64,000 nt of DNA from the human T2T-CHM13v2.0 reference genome, Homo sapiens. The notes beneath the pieces are model-generated. The model saw nothing but the letters and a program-made list of their open reading frames with translations, made no database searches and was not told where the DNA came from. Both the position numbers and the translations under genes were made by a program. Positions 29,651 to 44,421 of this stretch are shown piece by piece (positions within the stretch are counted from its first letter, which is position 1; every line of letters begins with the position of its first letter). Where the stretch lies: NCBI RefSeq assembly GCF_009914755.1, contig NC_060941.1; one strand, 5' to 3'.

Positions 29651-32600
29651 TTGCAAAGACAGAACCAGACAGAGCTCTAGCCATTAGAATATCTTGAAAA
29701 TACCTGGAGATTAGGACATAGGCAGATGGTATTATTTGAGATGTACTAATGGTGTCATTTATATTATTCACAGAGGGGATATCTCTCATCTGGGTTTTTA
29801 TCTTAGGGGACATGTATAGTTATAAAGAGCCCTTCTGAGAAAAAAAAAATGGCCAAAAAGGTTTCCCGTCTTCTGTGGTATTGCCAAGCACTTAATCTTT
29901 GAGCCCCCAAAGATGGATCACTTTAGATCACCACCTTTATAAACTGGTCCCCATAATTGCTTCATCATGCAAGTGTCAACTGGGGACCTACTGTTTGCCA
30001 GGCATCGAGAGACACAAACATAACTAAAACCCAGTGAGTGCCCTCAGGAAATCACGTCTCAGGGTCTTTGGGGAGAGGCAGGCAGGTAATCAAATGATTG
30101 AGTGATCTAAGAGCTTTAGCAGGGTATCTTCAGAGGGCTGTGGGCTCTCTTAACTTACCCCAAACTGGTCCCAGATGACTTTGGAGAAGAAAGTCTACAG
30201 AATTAAGTCATGACCAGTTTCTTTGAGGAGGGAATATGCTTTCCAGGAAGAGGGAAGAGCCTGTACAAAGGCTTACAGGCCTGAAAGCCAGTCTAGAGTG
30301 GGGTGGGGACACGTGCAAGGATGAGCCACCTGCAGAGGAAGTCATAGTTCATTCAGTGGTGAGAAAGACCCACTGGAGCTTGAGGCAGCATAACAGCAGG
30401 GTCATACATTTAGGATCATTTACCAGTGTGCTGCAGGTTCTCCAAGATATTGGAAAGTCAGTAAATTGCAGAAGCCTGCCTTTATTGTCCTTCCAAGCCT
30501 GTGTGCCTCCTCTCACCTACTACTTCCTCTCCTCCACTTCCTTCTTTCTCCACTAGGGCTCCACCTACCCTAGACCTGCTCCCTCCCACACTCTCTTTGC
30601 CCTCCCTAGTTAATTTAACAGTTTGCCTTTTAAGTAGTGAAGCATCAATCTGATCATCCTTTGAAGATGCAGCTTGTTAACACCAGTGACCCTCCAAGCG
30701 GGGAAATGGATGAAGGATACATGTTTGAAGGGAGGCAGGTTGCACGGAACATATTCCCTTCTGAGCCAAGACATCAAATACCCAGCACCAACCCTTTAGT
30801 CACCCAGTCACCTTGACTGAGGATACTTTTGCAAAAGCCCTTCCTGGGGCTCAGTAGATGGTAGTCAAGATGGAGAGGAAGCCGCTGAGCCAAGATTTGA
30901 AATGGAAATCCTGCAGCCTCATATATTGAAGGCCCAATATATTTTGGAGGAGAGAGATTTAAAGATTGGTAGCTATAGAAAACACTGTGCATTTGAGGCA
31001 GCCCATGGGTCAGAGTGCTCCACCAAGCAAGGAAATGCAGTATGTCGGGAAGTACCTTTTCCCCTTTGTGGTGTCTGGCTCATTTTGTGCTTTTTGTGGT
31101 GGCTACAGGGCCAGATTAAGAATTCCAGGGGGCCTTGAGCACTGAAGAGATTGTGATGCCTCCTCTCTTCCTGCAAAGACATAAAACATAAAATAACTCT
31201 AAGGATGTTCCATGGGATTCTGATTTTTTTTCCCCCCACAACTACTTTGACTTTTTAAAAATCAGATAGTGTAAAAGAACTTCTAATTGTTCTAGATGCC
31301 CGGTGAGAGGTGTGGGTCCCACATAGGTGTCTGACCGGCCCACTTCGGGAATCCAGCATGGGGTAAGTGAGGTAGGATGGCAGGGTGAAGAAAATGACAC
31401 AGATGAGCAGATGGATGTTGTGAAAGCTAAGCAAATGTGAATTGTTCTTGATGTTTGCTATTTTATAACTGCACAATGAACTGTAAGCAGCTCAGCTTTT
31501 CTCCCCATCACAGTGCCAACAGCTTTCAGTCCAGTGCTTGCTACAGAGAGTGCTGTGCCGCAAAGCGTGGGCCCAGCCCAGAGAGTGCTCTTTGTGGTTG
31601 TTCTGTCAGGGTAGTCAGGACTCTGCGGCCCAGCTGCTTCTGTGCACAGGAAATAACTTCATTTTACAAAGCCCTCTGTCTATAAAGGTAATCATTATAA
31701 TGGGATTTTACTTGTGTCCATTTTCCTCTCAGCCTCAGAGTTAGGCCTTTTCCTCTCACCTGCCTAATTACCTTATCTTAATTTTTTTTTAATTCAGCCT
31801 AACTGCTGTTAGCAAAAACCATTAAAAATGCTTCCTAGCTAAGATTCAGGAAAGGCAGAATGAGAGGGTTGCTTTCTGGCCCCTGGTCTAGCCAGCTTGT
31901 TGTCACAGGAACTGCCGCACTTGGTTTGATTCTGCACACAGGGAATGGCAATGACAGAAGTGACCTGCTGGAGCCGCGGTGAAGGAGTCCACTCTGAGGA
32001 GGTAGGGGAGGGAGGGGACTGCAGATAAGTGCCCAGCCGACATTCCAGCTGCAAGCGGGCCTGGAGCCACACGCATTAGGCCTCTCAACAGTGTTTATCT
32101 CCAGAGACTATTAGTGTATCTCAGAGGCTTTGGGTTAAATCTGCTCCCCCTCCTTCTTGCCAAGGCCCCCTCTTTTCATCACTCCAATATCTTAGAAAGG
32201 TTCAGATTATTTTTCCTCATTTTCCTAAATTTGAATAAGTCCCATGTTTCGGGAGTGTATGGATTGGGCCTTCGTAATGACCATCTTGTAGAGTGGATTT
32301 GCAGTTGCCTTTGGCTTGTGATTCAAATGTGTGTTAAGCATTAATTATGTCACCCAACATTTAGTTACAAATGAGGACTCAGAAATGGGATCTTATCAGG
32401 AAGTGACATTTGGCAGATGGATGGTTTTAGTAACAAAAAGAGAATGAGATTTTTTTACCCTCAGCTGGTAAACTACAAAATGTTCAGTTCTGTTTCACTT
32501 TATTTACCTCCCTTATTCCTGGATGAGAAAGTAGAGTCGGAGTGAATTTATTCACTCACCCATTCAACAAATATTTATTGAGGGCTTACTAAGTACCAGG

Positions 32601-35600
32601 TACTGTTTAACCCAAGCACTTAATGATTTCCTTTATAACGCTGCCTCGGTTTGAAACCAAGCTTGAAAATGAGTATCTGTGTCTGTGTTCACTTTGTATA
32701 AGATTTTACCATAACTAGTTTTAGCACTCCAGATTAAGTTATACTAGCGTTGGAGCTCCAGATTAAGCTAAATGATAGTTTTAAAGACAAAATAAACAAG
32801 GAACATTTTCATGGGAATATTAGCAAACAAACAATATTTAGAACACTATATTCTCTTGAAAGACCAAAAAAAAAAAAAGAGCTACGAAAGAACGTACTAG
32901 AAATTATGTTGCAAGCCCCCAGATTGGTGGTATAATTGGAGGCAAACTGGTACTAAGGGCACTGAGGTCTTGTCAGTTGTGCTGTGTTGACCATAATTGA
33001 TCACAAGCTTTTAGGGAGCTGGGCCAGTGCCTTCCTGAATGAACGATAGATGACGGTGTGCCAGCCTCTGGTAGACATGGTGCCTGGAGCAGAGTGCACG
33101 TGTAACTAGTATTCTTCAGTGAATTAATATTTAAGTGATAAAGATGGAAAGACCTTCCAATATGAGCTAAGGGAGTAGGAAGCATTTGAATTTCAGAGAG
33201 AATTCACAGGTGCTTGAAACATCCTTCCAAGGAAATGGCAAGAAGAGAAAAAGGGGAGCACTGTTTTCAGAGTCAGAGCTTTTTGCTTCCTTTACTCCCA
33301 TCTTTCTCTCTAAGTGAAACCTCCTCATGACTCTGCCTGGAGGGCGGCAGCACACAATGAGGTGAAGGAGAGGAGAGAATCCAGCTCCCTCCCGCCCACT
33401 GAGCCTCTCCATTATTCCTAAACTACTAGCAAAGAATTCTTCAAGGGCAAGCAGTTATTGCCCACTCTATTTCCTATTTTCAGGGGACTTTTAATCTTCC
33501 CTTTTGTCGCCTGTGCAGTTGATAAACTGGCCCCACATCCTCTTCCCTTTATCTGCAGCACCATAGAAGTCTATTGCACTGTTGAAGCTGATCTGTTTCA
33601 CAAGCTCCTTTGTGTTGCCCCTCAAAAGAAAGGCTTTGAAATCTGTGACCATGAAGCTCTGGGTTTGGCTTTGCTTCCCCAGCTAGCCCCCAGTCTACAT
33701 AACCACATAACCCTAAAAGCACAAATAGAGCCAGTCATGGAGCAGACGCGCTACCGTGGGCCACATCAGAGAGGAGACTATTGTACTGGCGAGGGAAGAC
33801 CTCCCAAACCCAGCACCAAGGTTCACTGGAGCTAGGGTTCTTTATCCTTTGCAAGGCCATGCGTGGATGGTGAGTGACAATGGGTTTGGGGGGTGGGGGT
33901 GGGAAGGTGCCCACTGGGCAGTGAGAGAAAACAAGCCGAAACCGATGAACTCCATTCCACAAGGAATTTCCTGACAGAGTCAGAGCTCCAGCTTGAGGAT
34001 TTTTGTCTCCATTCCATTCAGATACCATTTAGCTGGAATTGCCTTAGTTTTGTCAGCAAAGTGATGGAGGTGTGCTGTGGACAAGAGCATTTCTGGACAA
34101 TGTGCAGAGGTGGAAATGATTGCGATTCTCCTCCAGTCTGTATGTTGTAGAATGTTTGATAGATGCTTCGAGAGAATATAAAAATACATAGCATTTTCAA
34201 CGAGTCATCAGGAAGACATTAATGAGCCTTGCCCCACCTAATACAGCCCTCTAATCAGAGCCAGGTGCCACTGGATGGGGGTTCCCTCCAGCTGTTCTTA
34301 CATACAGTACAGCAGATGTGCCCTTCTCCATTTTCTGAGGAAGGAGGGAAGTAACGATGCCCTGCACACCTGGACATTCTATGGAGTTGCCTTTGCAGTG
34401 GGATTTCAGCTCCATGCTCTCAGGAAGCTGCCGTGCTCTGGAGAGCCATGTCTACAGATATGCCACCTAGATTTTCAGAATTTTCTATGTTCACAGACTA
34501 GCAAGTATTTGATTAACAGAAGAGAAGTGGACATTTCTTTCAAACATGATTAAACCAAATGTGTACAAAGATTGTGCAGGGTTAGGTAGGAAAATGGGAA
34601 GATACAGTTAAAAGAAGTCGAAAACACGTGGTTTGTTTGAATGGATTGAAACTCAGAGACCAATTTTAGATCTCAGTTTACAAATTACTTCTTCCAGGAA
34701 GCCTTCCCTGACCTCTCAAGGCTGAATTAAGTGTTCTCCTGCCCTGCACTAAGTAACATTCACCATGGGCTGTAATCCCTTTGTGTTGTCTTTCTTCCTG
34801 GCCAGACACGAGCAGAGGACTTTGAAAACAGACTGTGCCTATCTCTAGGGGCACACAGTCCAGATTTGTTGTCATAGATGACAGACCCAATAAAAATGGA
34901 CTGCTTTAGGAGCTTGAGGCAGAGGAGATGAGTAGAATACTTATCTTGAAGGAAGGTGAGGTCTTTGAATTAGTCAACTGAGTGCTTTATGTTTACTCCA
35001 CAAGGAAGGTGGGTTCCACCACAGCCCCGGCACTAATTCAAGTCTTCCTGTTCTAGTTCACCTTATCTTGATGAAGAAAGTAATTTGTTTTCATCTTTTA
35101 TAGGAGGAGAGGCAGTTGAAGCATATCAAGTAAAGCCGTGTGTGGGTGGTGGTTTTCTGATTACAATCCATTAAGGCTAGGCTGTGATTTCCAAACCTCC
35201 TTCATTTGTGACATGAGCCAAACCCACACCCAATTTCCTCTTACAGAAAACAGCATGCTACTCTCAGGAAAATGATTTCTTTAATTATGTTTATTTTAAG
35301 CAGAAGCATTACTGAAAAAAGTGTATTGAGCAAAACAAAATACTTCGGTTGACACACACAAAAAAGGAGGGCTTTTGAGAAAGACAAGGAAAATCTCACA
35401 TTTGGAGCTGGTATTTTAGCCATTTTCCCAGCTGAGGTTGCTCTTTCTGAGCCATTTCTAGAGCAAAGCAGACACTGAGCTCTGAATGATCCAATTCCTT
35501 CCCCCATTTCTAAGTTATCACTGATGTTGTTTTTCTTGAAAGACACTTCCCCCGTGCTTGTGGCTGTCATAACTGCAAACTCTTTGAATCTGAGACAGCT

Positions 35601-36018
35601 CGTGAGCTGGGGCTGGGCTTCTCTGTACCTCGTGTTCAAAGTCTCAGCGTGACCCCACGCCCCAAGACTCTGACAACGCTTCCTCTTACCAGTCACTTTA
35701 AAATCCAGAGGTCACTTTATTTACCATCAAAATATAAAGAAGTCTACTTGCATCACCCTGTTTACTCCGTCAGTTGCACCTGAGCATTCCAACCTTTCCT
35801 CTGTCCTTTTTAATTCCCTAGCAGTACTCACTGCCAAGAAAAAATGCCTTCTAGTTGATAGTTTTGTCATTAAAACAGATCTCTCTCTTTTTTTTTTTTT
35901 AAGGTACTAGAAAATGCTTCTGCAATTTTTTCTTTCAGCAAGCCTTCCTCTACCCAGAGCACCCAACAGTCCACTGATGTGGGAATGTCACAAACTTGAG
36001 TCTGTGTGTGGCAACAAC

Positions 36019-36219
36019 TTTTTTTTTTTTTTTTTAAGAATTGATGTCTTGCTCTGTCACCCAGGCTGGAGTACGGTGGTGCAGTCATAGTTCAATGCAG
36101 CCTAGAACTCCCAGGCTCAAGCGATCCTCCCTCCTCAGACTCCCAAGTAGGCCGGACTATAGGCACGTGGCACCTTGCCTAATTTTTTGTAGAGATGGGG
36201 TCTTGCTGTGTTGCCCCAG
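36019..36219 (-). mobile_element. Truncated Alu (AluJ-like)
   Basis: Poly-T then tcttgctctgtcacccaggctggagtac...caggctcaagcgatcctccc. Confidence 0.85.
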
Positions 36220-38614
36220 ATAACCAACCACATTCTAACAGAAGGTGCTAATATCTTGTGCCAGTAGTGCTGAATATCATCAGGCAAATTAATCTTTCTC
36301 ATCTATAAGATGATGATGATGATACCTATAGGCGGGGTTGTTGTAAGGATTCGAAAGCATATGTGTAACTGCCTGGCACGTAAAAGCCACAGGCATTTCA
36401 ACTGAGATGTCTGTTATGTACCTGAAACTTAAAATAGTCAAAAGTAAAACCGTTCGTGTCTCTACCGTGAGCACACTCAGCAGTGTCTATCCTAGGGTTC
36501 CCCACCTGAGTAACCCCCCTCTGCCACCCCCTCTGTCTCTCGACCCCCAGCCTGTTCCCCCCTGCGCTGGGGGAAGATCCCACTCCTTATCTTGATTTCC
36601 AGATGCCTTCCCAGCCCCATCTTGTAACTCTCCCTTCCTCACTCCAGCCTCCATGCTGTCTCAGAGGCCTACTGGGACCTTTCCCAGCATCCAGTAGAGT
36701 TCTCCTTGCCATTAGTTGAGTCATGGCTTAAATGTCACCTATGGAAAGGCCTTCCCTGAGCACTCAGTCTCAAGTCACCCGCATTGCATTACCCTGTTTT
36801 GAGTCGTCTCAAAATAGGCATCAGCACTGTTACTTGTGTTTATGTCCATCTCCCTCTAGACTTTAAGCAGGACTTGATTGCCACTGCCTTTCTAGCACCC
36901 AGAATTGTGCCTACATGTGAGACACCTGTCATCTGTTTACCAGGTTAATGGATTCAATGAATAATAGCTGCTCATATTATCAGCATTAAAATTGAGTGTG
37001 TTTGCATGAGCTAAGATTTATACATATATAAATTTTATATATATATGTATAAAATTTAAAGTTAAAAATGAATTTGGGGGATTTGACAGTAACCCTACTG
37101 AAATAGGGACCCTAAAATCAGGTCTTTGTTATATTTCCTCCCATACTGGAAGACTGAAAAGGGGTTGACTGACTTATGGAAGCCACAGAAAACTATTCAT
37201 GGATATAAAAGGAGGCCCTCATCCCTCTTAAACCATCTGTACCCACACAAATTCCGCTTGATAAGCTACAACTGCCCCGTCTGATAAACGTAACTCAGAA
37301 ATGATTAAGTTTCTCCCCAGAACAATGTGCATTAAAAATCCTCCTCCTTTCTTTTAGATGACTTGCGAAGCCTGCCCCTAGTGTCACTCTGCACTCTGTG
37401 CTGTTGAGGAATACAGATCAGAGATTAAAGGAGGAGCTGGTTCCTTCTCATGCTCACTGTCATTTGCACAAACTGGGGCCCCTCAGTGGCTTATAGCCCC
37501 AGACTTATTTTCTGAAGTATTCTGCATTATGTAAAGTGCTCTGTCTCCTGGTGAGTTCTGCCTAGCAGTAGCCCCCAGCTCCCTTTTTCTGAACATTCCC
37601 ACAGACCAGGGACTTAAAAGATCCTCATTACCTGAAATAGGACTGTGGTTACAAATTCTCAACCTCTTCTCTCCCTGGGCAGGATGGTGCTTTCCAGGGC
37701 AGATGACACAGAGGGTTGGTGAACTCTCAGTTCTCTGCCAGGGACCCCATGGAGAAGGTGGTTCCAGAGGAGGGGAAGGAGAAGATAGACAGAATCCTGT
37801 AGTTTGCCTGACTGGTTCCCAAGCCGGTGTTGGGAAACAGTGATCTTGGGGATAACTTAATTGGCTCCCTTGATGAGTTTGGGCGCACTTTACTACAATA
37901 TCATTACATACTTTCTGTGTTCTAATGCCTGGAGATTCACGGGAAAGTGAACATACCCTAAGAAGTTCACCTCAGGTAGGAAATGCAGACACGTAAATGT
38001 CTGCCTGGACCCTGTGGCTTGCTCAGGAAAAGACGCTCACAGTTGCTTATCACAGACGACACCCACACTCTGGCTGCCACACCCTCTTAGTGACTTTCCC
38101 CTTGGATGTCCCAAAGGCATCTCAGACTGAACACACCCAAGGTCACACTAATGACCTCCTCTCCCCTTCTTCCCTGCTTGTCTCAGTAAGTGGCATCTGT
38201 ATGGATCCATAAGCCCAGGATCCATAAGCCCAGGACTTGCTATTGATACCTCCTCCCTCTCTCCTCCCCTCCTTATTTACACTGCACGCACATCCTGTCC
38301 CTTTTGCCTCCCAAATTCCTTCCAAATTTATCTTCTTTGCAACTCTACTGTCACCATCCTGATCCTAAGTACTGTCATCCTTCATCCCCTCACTCCTTAT
38401 CTCCTGATTGGTCCTTCCATACCTTCTTTAGGCCCCTCCAGTGTATCCTTCACAAATAGTATCACTTAGCACTGGTGCCCCTCCCCTCACCCCCTACACA
38501 CATAGGTGCACACACTCACACAGAGGTACACATACACGCAGGCACACATGCTCAGCACTCTTATACGTTAAGATCCTCTGTGGCTTTCTGTTGCTTTTAG
38601 AATAGCAAAGTCAA

Positions 38615-38876
38615 GGCTGAGTGCAGTGGCTCATGCCTGTAATCTCTGTACTTTGAGAGGCTGAGGCAGGAGGATTGCTTGGGGCCAGGAGTTCAAGGCC
38701 AGCCTGGGCAACATGGTGAGACCCCATCTCTACAAAAAGTTGTTTTAAAAAGTTTTCTGAGTTTGGTGACGTGCACCTATAGTGCCAGCTATTCAGGAGG
38801 CTGAGGCAGGAGGATGACTTGAGCCCAAGAGATCGAGGCTGCAGTGAGCTGAGACTGTGCCACTGCACTCCAGCCA
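38615..38876 (+). mobile_element. Alu (AluJ-like), 3'-truncated
   Basis: ggctgagtgcagtggctcatgcctgtaatc...gccactgcactccagcc with no poly-A tail. Confidence 0.88.
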
Positions 38877-40507
38877 ACCTTGTCCTGAGGAACTTTCCCT
38901 GTCATTCTCAGCACTCCAGCCAAACCACACCACCTTCCTTTTTTTTTAATCATGCAATAAAATTGACTTTTTAAATATATATAGTTCTGTGACTCCTAAC
39001 ACGTGTTAATCTTCTTTTTTACACCGCCCACACCTCAAACTTTCCAGCCCCAAGGCCTTTATGAATACTGTCCCCTCCACCAGCCCTGACTTGACAAAGT
39101 CACCACTCTCTCCAGCTCAGCTGAGACATCCCTTCCTCAGAGAAGCCACCTCTGGTCCCCTAGACTCAGTCAGCTCCTCTTATGTGTCTTCACTGCACCA
39201 TGCACTTTTCCTCACTGCATTTGGAGTGGTGACTTTAGAGTCACTAGTGTGGCTCTTGATGTCTACCTCCTTGACTGAAGGGTCTGCTCGGTGCAGGCAG
39301 GAGCACGTGTGGATTGTTGCTCGCCATGGTATCCCCAGTGCCTAGCACGGTGCTTACCCCATAGTAGGCGCCCGGGGAGCATTTTTTGCGCGAGTACTCA
39401 GTCACCTGCACAGGAATAACCAGCCCCTGCCTTCCAGCCCCCACCCTACTGCCTGTCCTTAGGTGGCTTCGTGCATGTCATAGAAGGACCCTGGCCTGAA
39501 AATCAAGCAGCCTTGTTTTGAATTGCTCTTCCGTCTCTTTTTGGAGAACTTGGCATTGCCTAATTTTTTTTTTCACTGAAGTTTATAAATCTACCTCAAA
39601 ATCCAATGGTCAAGATTAAATGGGGCAAACTATGAGAGTAGGGTCTGTCACATAATAGGAGCTCAGCGAGCAGCAGCCTTCATTCCACCCATGTGGGTGC
39701 TGGGGAGACTGTTCCAGAGAAAGGGGCAAAATGGTGCTCAGGGTGTTATGTCCTTGTTGAAAAATTACAAAGCCATAGACAAGTTATCATTGTACTCTGG
39801 GACCGTTTTGTCTTTGTGACTCATTTTATTTAACACATGTGGTTTTGACACCTCCCGCTTGTGCCATTGTGCCAGGCTCTGGGGGATGGTGAGAGGAATG
39901 TGGCAGGCTTGTGCCCTGGAAGCCCTGGTGAAAGAGGTAAACAGATCAGAGCCAGGGTGTGACGCACCCGCCTGCAGGTACATCCAGCTCTGTGTCAGTG
40001 CTGAGCCAGGAGCACTGACTGCCCTGGGAAGGGAGCCAGGGCTCACAGAACAGGCGGAGCGGACTTGCAGCGTCCTCCAGGTTACGGCACTGCTTCCACC
40101 TGCCTGAAGCCACACACCCGGGTCCCAGCGGGCGGAAATGGAGCTCAGCGCTCCAGCACAATGGTTGCACCCAGAGGTAGTACTGAAGTAGATACTGAAT
40201 TCCCTACAAGTGTTTGCCCGTGTGTAGGGGCTTCTTTGCTCCCCACAATGTGGGGAGGTGTGAGGAGCATCAGGTGGGCAGGAGCCAGCGATGGTAAGCG
40301 TCCTGCAGCGCAGGCAGCCCCCCTGTGAAGCAGGGTCTGAGCCAGACCCCACAGCCTCCTGCCCCCAGGCACACTGGCACCCCCAGGTGAGAAAGGAGGG
40401 ATCTTAGCTCATCGGCTGCCCCACCAGCCTGATGTAGGCACCTGTCTCCCAGCCACCCTGTGATGTAGGCAGGCAGCGATGAGAGCACAGGGTGGCAGAG
40501 CTTCTGA

Positions 40508-41008
<501 letters not shown>

Positions 41009-41351
41009 GAGCACTGGGACGCCCACCGCCCCTTTCCCTCCGCTGCCAGGCGAGCATGTTGTGGTAATTCTGGAACACAAGAAGAGAAATTGCTGGGTTT
41101 AGAACAAGATTATAAACGAATTCGGTGCTCAGTGATCACTTGACAGTTTTTTTTTTTTAAATATTACCCAAAATGCTCCCCAAATAAGAAATGCATCAGC
41201 TCAGTCAGTGAATACAAAAAAGGAATTATTTTTCCCTTTGAGGGTCTTTATACATCTCTCCTCCAACCCCACCCTCTATTCTGTTTCTTCCTCCTCACAT
41301 GGGGGTACACATACACAGCTTCCTCTTCTGGTTCCATCCTTACCACCACAC

Positions 41352-41361
41352 CACACGCACA
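41352..41361 (+). promoter_or_regulatory. miR-210-3p target site in COX10 3' UTR
   Basis: CACACGCACA is complementary to miR-210-3p nt 2-11. COX10 is a reported miR-210 target. Confidence 0.7.
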
Positions 41362-42448
41362 CTCCACATGCCCAGCGGAGTGGCACTTGGTGGCCAGAAA
41401 GTGTGAGCCTCATGATCTGCTGTCTGTAGTTCTGTGAGCTCAGGTCCCTCAAAGGCCTCGGAGCACCCCCTTCCTGGTGACTGAGCCAGGGCCTGCATTT
41501 TTGGTTTTCCCCACCCCACACATTCTCAACCATAGTCCTTCTAACAATACCAATAGCTAGGACCCGGCTGCTGTGCACTGGGACTGGGGATTCCACATGT
41601 TTGCCTTGGGAGTCTCAAGCTGGACTGCCAGCCCCTGTCCTCCCTTCACCCACATTGCGTATGAGCATTTCAGAACTCCAAGGAGTCACAGGCATCTTTA
41701 TAGTTCACGTTAACATATAGACACTGTTGGAAGCAGTTCCTTCTAAAAGGGTAGCCCTGGACCTAATACCAGCCGGATACCTCTGGCCCCCACCCCATTA
41801 CTGTACCTCTGGAGTCACTACTGTGGGTCGCCACTCCTGCTACACAGCACGGCTTTTTCAAGGCTGTATTGAGAAGGGAAGTTAGGAAGAAGGGTGTGCT
41901 GGGCTAACCAGCCCACAGAGCTCACATTCCTGTCCCTTGGGTGAAAAATACATGTCCATCCTGATATCTCCTGAATTCAGAAATTAGCCTCCACATGTGC
42001 AATGGCTTTAAGAGCCAGAAGCAGGGTTCTGGGAATTTTGCAAGTTATCCTGTGGCCAGGTGTGGTCTCGGTTACCAAACACGGTTACCTGCAGCTTTTT
42101 AGTCCTTTGTGCTCCCACGGGTCTGCAGAGTCCCATCTGCCCAAAGGTCTTGAAGCTTGACAGGATGTTTTCATTACTCAGTCTCCCAGGGCACTGCTGG
42201 TCCGTAGGGATTCATTGGTCGGGGTGGGAGAGTTAAACAACATTTAAACAGAGTTCTCTCAAAAATGTCTAAAGGGATTGTAGGTAGATAACATCCAATC
42301 ACTGTTTGCACTTATCTGAAATCTTCCCTCTTGGCTGCCCCCAGGTATTTACTGTGGAGAACATTGCATAGGAATGTCTGGAAAAAGCCTCTACAACTTG
42401 TTACAGCCTTCACATTTGTACAATTCATTGATTCTCTTTTCCTTCCAC

Positions 42449-42454
42449 AATAAA
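42449..42454 (+). terminator. COX10 polyadenylation signal
   Basis: AATAAA with upstream TGTA (42417) and downstream gtgtgtgtg at about 42474-42482. Confidence 0.88.
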
Positions 42455-42589
42455 ATGGTATACAAGAACAGGAGTGTGTGTGACGTCATTGGAAGTAATC
42501 ATCCTGTGCTGAGTTCGCACAGTTCTTGGTAGAACCGACACTTGATCACGCCTTCAAGAGCTGGCAGAGGGTGCGTGGGAGGTTGGTTT

Positions 42590-42975
42590 TGTTTCGTAAA
42601 TTGACAAATTGTAGTTGTGTATATTTATGAGGTAATAAAGTGATGTTATGATTTATGAAGACAATTGAAATAATGAAATCAAGCTGATGAATGTATTCAT
42701 TACCTCAGATACTTATTTTTGTGATAAGAACATTTTTAATGTACTCAGTAATTTTGAAATTAGAATACATTATTTCCTGCATTCACACAGTGTGTGATGT
42801 ACGTCAAAGGGAGGAGACATACTCGTCATAACTGACTTTGTACCCTTTCACCATCTTGTACCCATTCCGTTCAACTCCCAGCCTCTCTAACCACCATTCT
42901 ACTCTCTGCTTCAAGTCTGATTATTCTGGATTCCACATAGAAGTAAGAACATGCAGTATTTATCTTTCTGTGCCA
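42590..42975 (-). mobile_element. L1 3' end (L1MA-like)
   Basis: ttgacaaattgtagttgtgtatatttatgagg...aaccaccattctactctctgcttc...gattccacatagaagtaagaacatgcagtatttatctttctgtgcc. Confidence 0.75.
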
Positions 42976-42977
42976 TA

Positions 42978-43376
42978 TTAAGTTGAGAACTTTAACCTTT
43001 TCGCTTAAGAGCAGCACCTTCTGGCTTCTCTGACATCTCTGGATTGCCAGCATCACTATGTGAGGCCATGATTAAGCAAAATAAAGCTTACTGAGCACAA
43101 GCTCTGCAATGCCACCACAGTTGGATTTGATAACCGAGATGGCTGCTAAGTGACTCATGGGTGGGACAGTATTCAGCATGGATCTGCTGGACAAAGAGAT
43201 AATTCAGGTCCCAAGCAGGTGACGCTAGATTGCATCACACTAAGTACGCCACACAATCTGAAACTTATGAAATGTTTATTTCTGTCATTTTCTATTTAGT
43301 ATCTTTGGACCTTGGTTGACCATGGGTAACTGAAACAGTGGAAAGAGAAACCACAGATAAGGGAGAACTGCTGTAC
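42978..43376. mobile_element. MER44/Tigger7-type DNA element fragment
   Basis: Ends gggtaactgaaacagtggaaagagaaaccacagataagggagaactgctgta, a Tigger-type TIR followed by TA. Confidence 0.7.
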
Positions 43377-44122
43377 ATATCTGCCAGCCTGGAGAAATGA
43401 GAGCAATATACCTGCTTCTTGTTTGTTGGAAACCCAAATATAATTGACCTGCTGGACACATTACACTTTTTGGCATCTTTTGGCCACTATTTCCTAATTG
43501 TAAGATGTGAAGATACGCTCTGGATCAAAGAGGCTCTCATGTTCGCTTAATAATTCAGAGTCCATCACTCAGTGGCTGGATTCTGCCATGCACATCACAG
43601 AGCGTCTGAGAGGCAAGGTATCCACCAGCGTGGGACAACTCTATGCTTGCATTCTGATCATGCCTCACTCCTCACACTTCAGCTTCTGTGATGCCACCAG
43701 TTTGAGCCCTCTGAAAATCCCATCTGACCACTGCTAACCTCCTCTACCACCACCAGGTTGGTTGAACCAAGCATCTATCCGAGACACATGCCTGCAAGAC
43801 ATGCCTGCAGTTTATTTTCCTCTTTGCCCCAGCCTTGTCTGTTTTTCTCATGGCAGCCAGCATGATCCCTCTAAGCTACCAGGCAGATCCTGCCATTCCC
43901 ATTCTCCACCCTGTAGTTGCTTTCCTACCTGGTCCCATGCCATCTGGTCCTGCTCCCATCTCTGATCTTGGAAATACCTTCTTGCCACACCTACTACCCT
44001 GCCCACAGATCTCCACGCTTTTCTTCAATACTCAGGCACACCCGCTGTGGGGTATTCATATTAATACCTCCTGTTCCCTCTATGTGGGGTCCTCTCATTT
44101 CATTGAGAGGACACCTCCTTAG

Positions 44123-44421
<299 letters not shown>

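Larger units (their letters stand above)
41009..42472 (+). other. COX10: COX10 3' UTR (~1.46 kb; end approximate)
   Basis: Runs from the stop codon to about 15-20 nt after AATAAA and is followed by a GT-rich element. Confidence 0.85.

Noticed and set aside
39765-40352. 195-aa minus-strand ORF
   Set aside because: GC-rich intron sequence with no recognisable homology or splice context.
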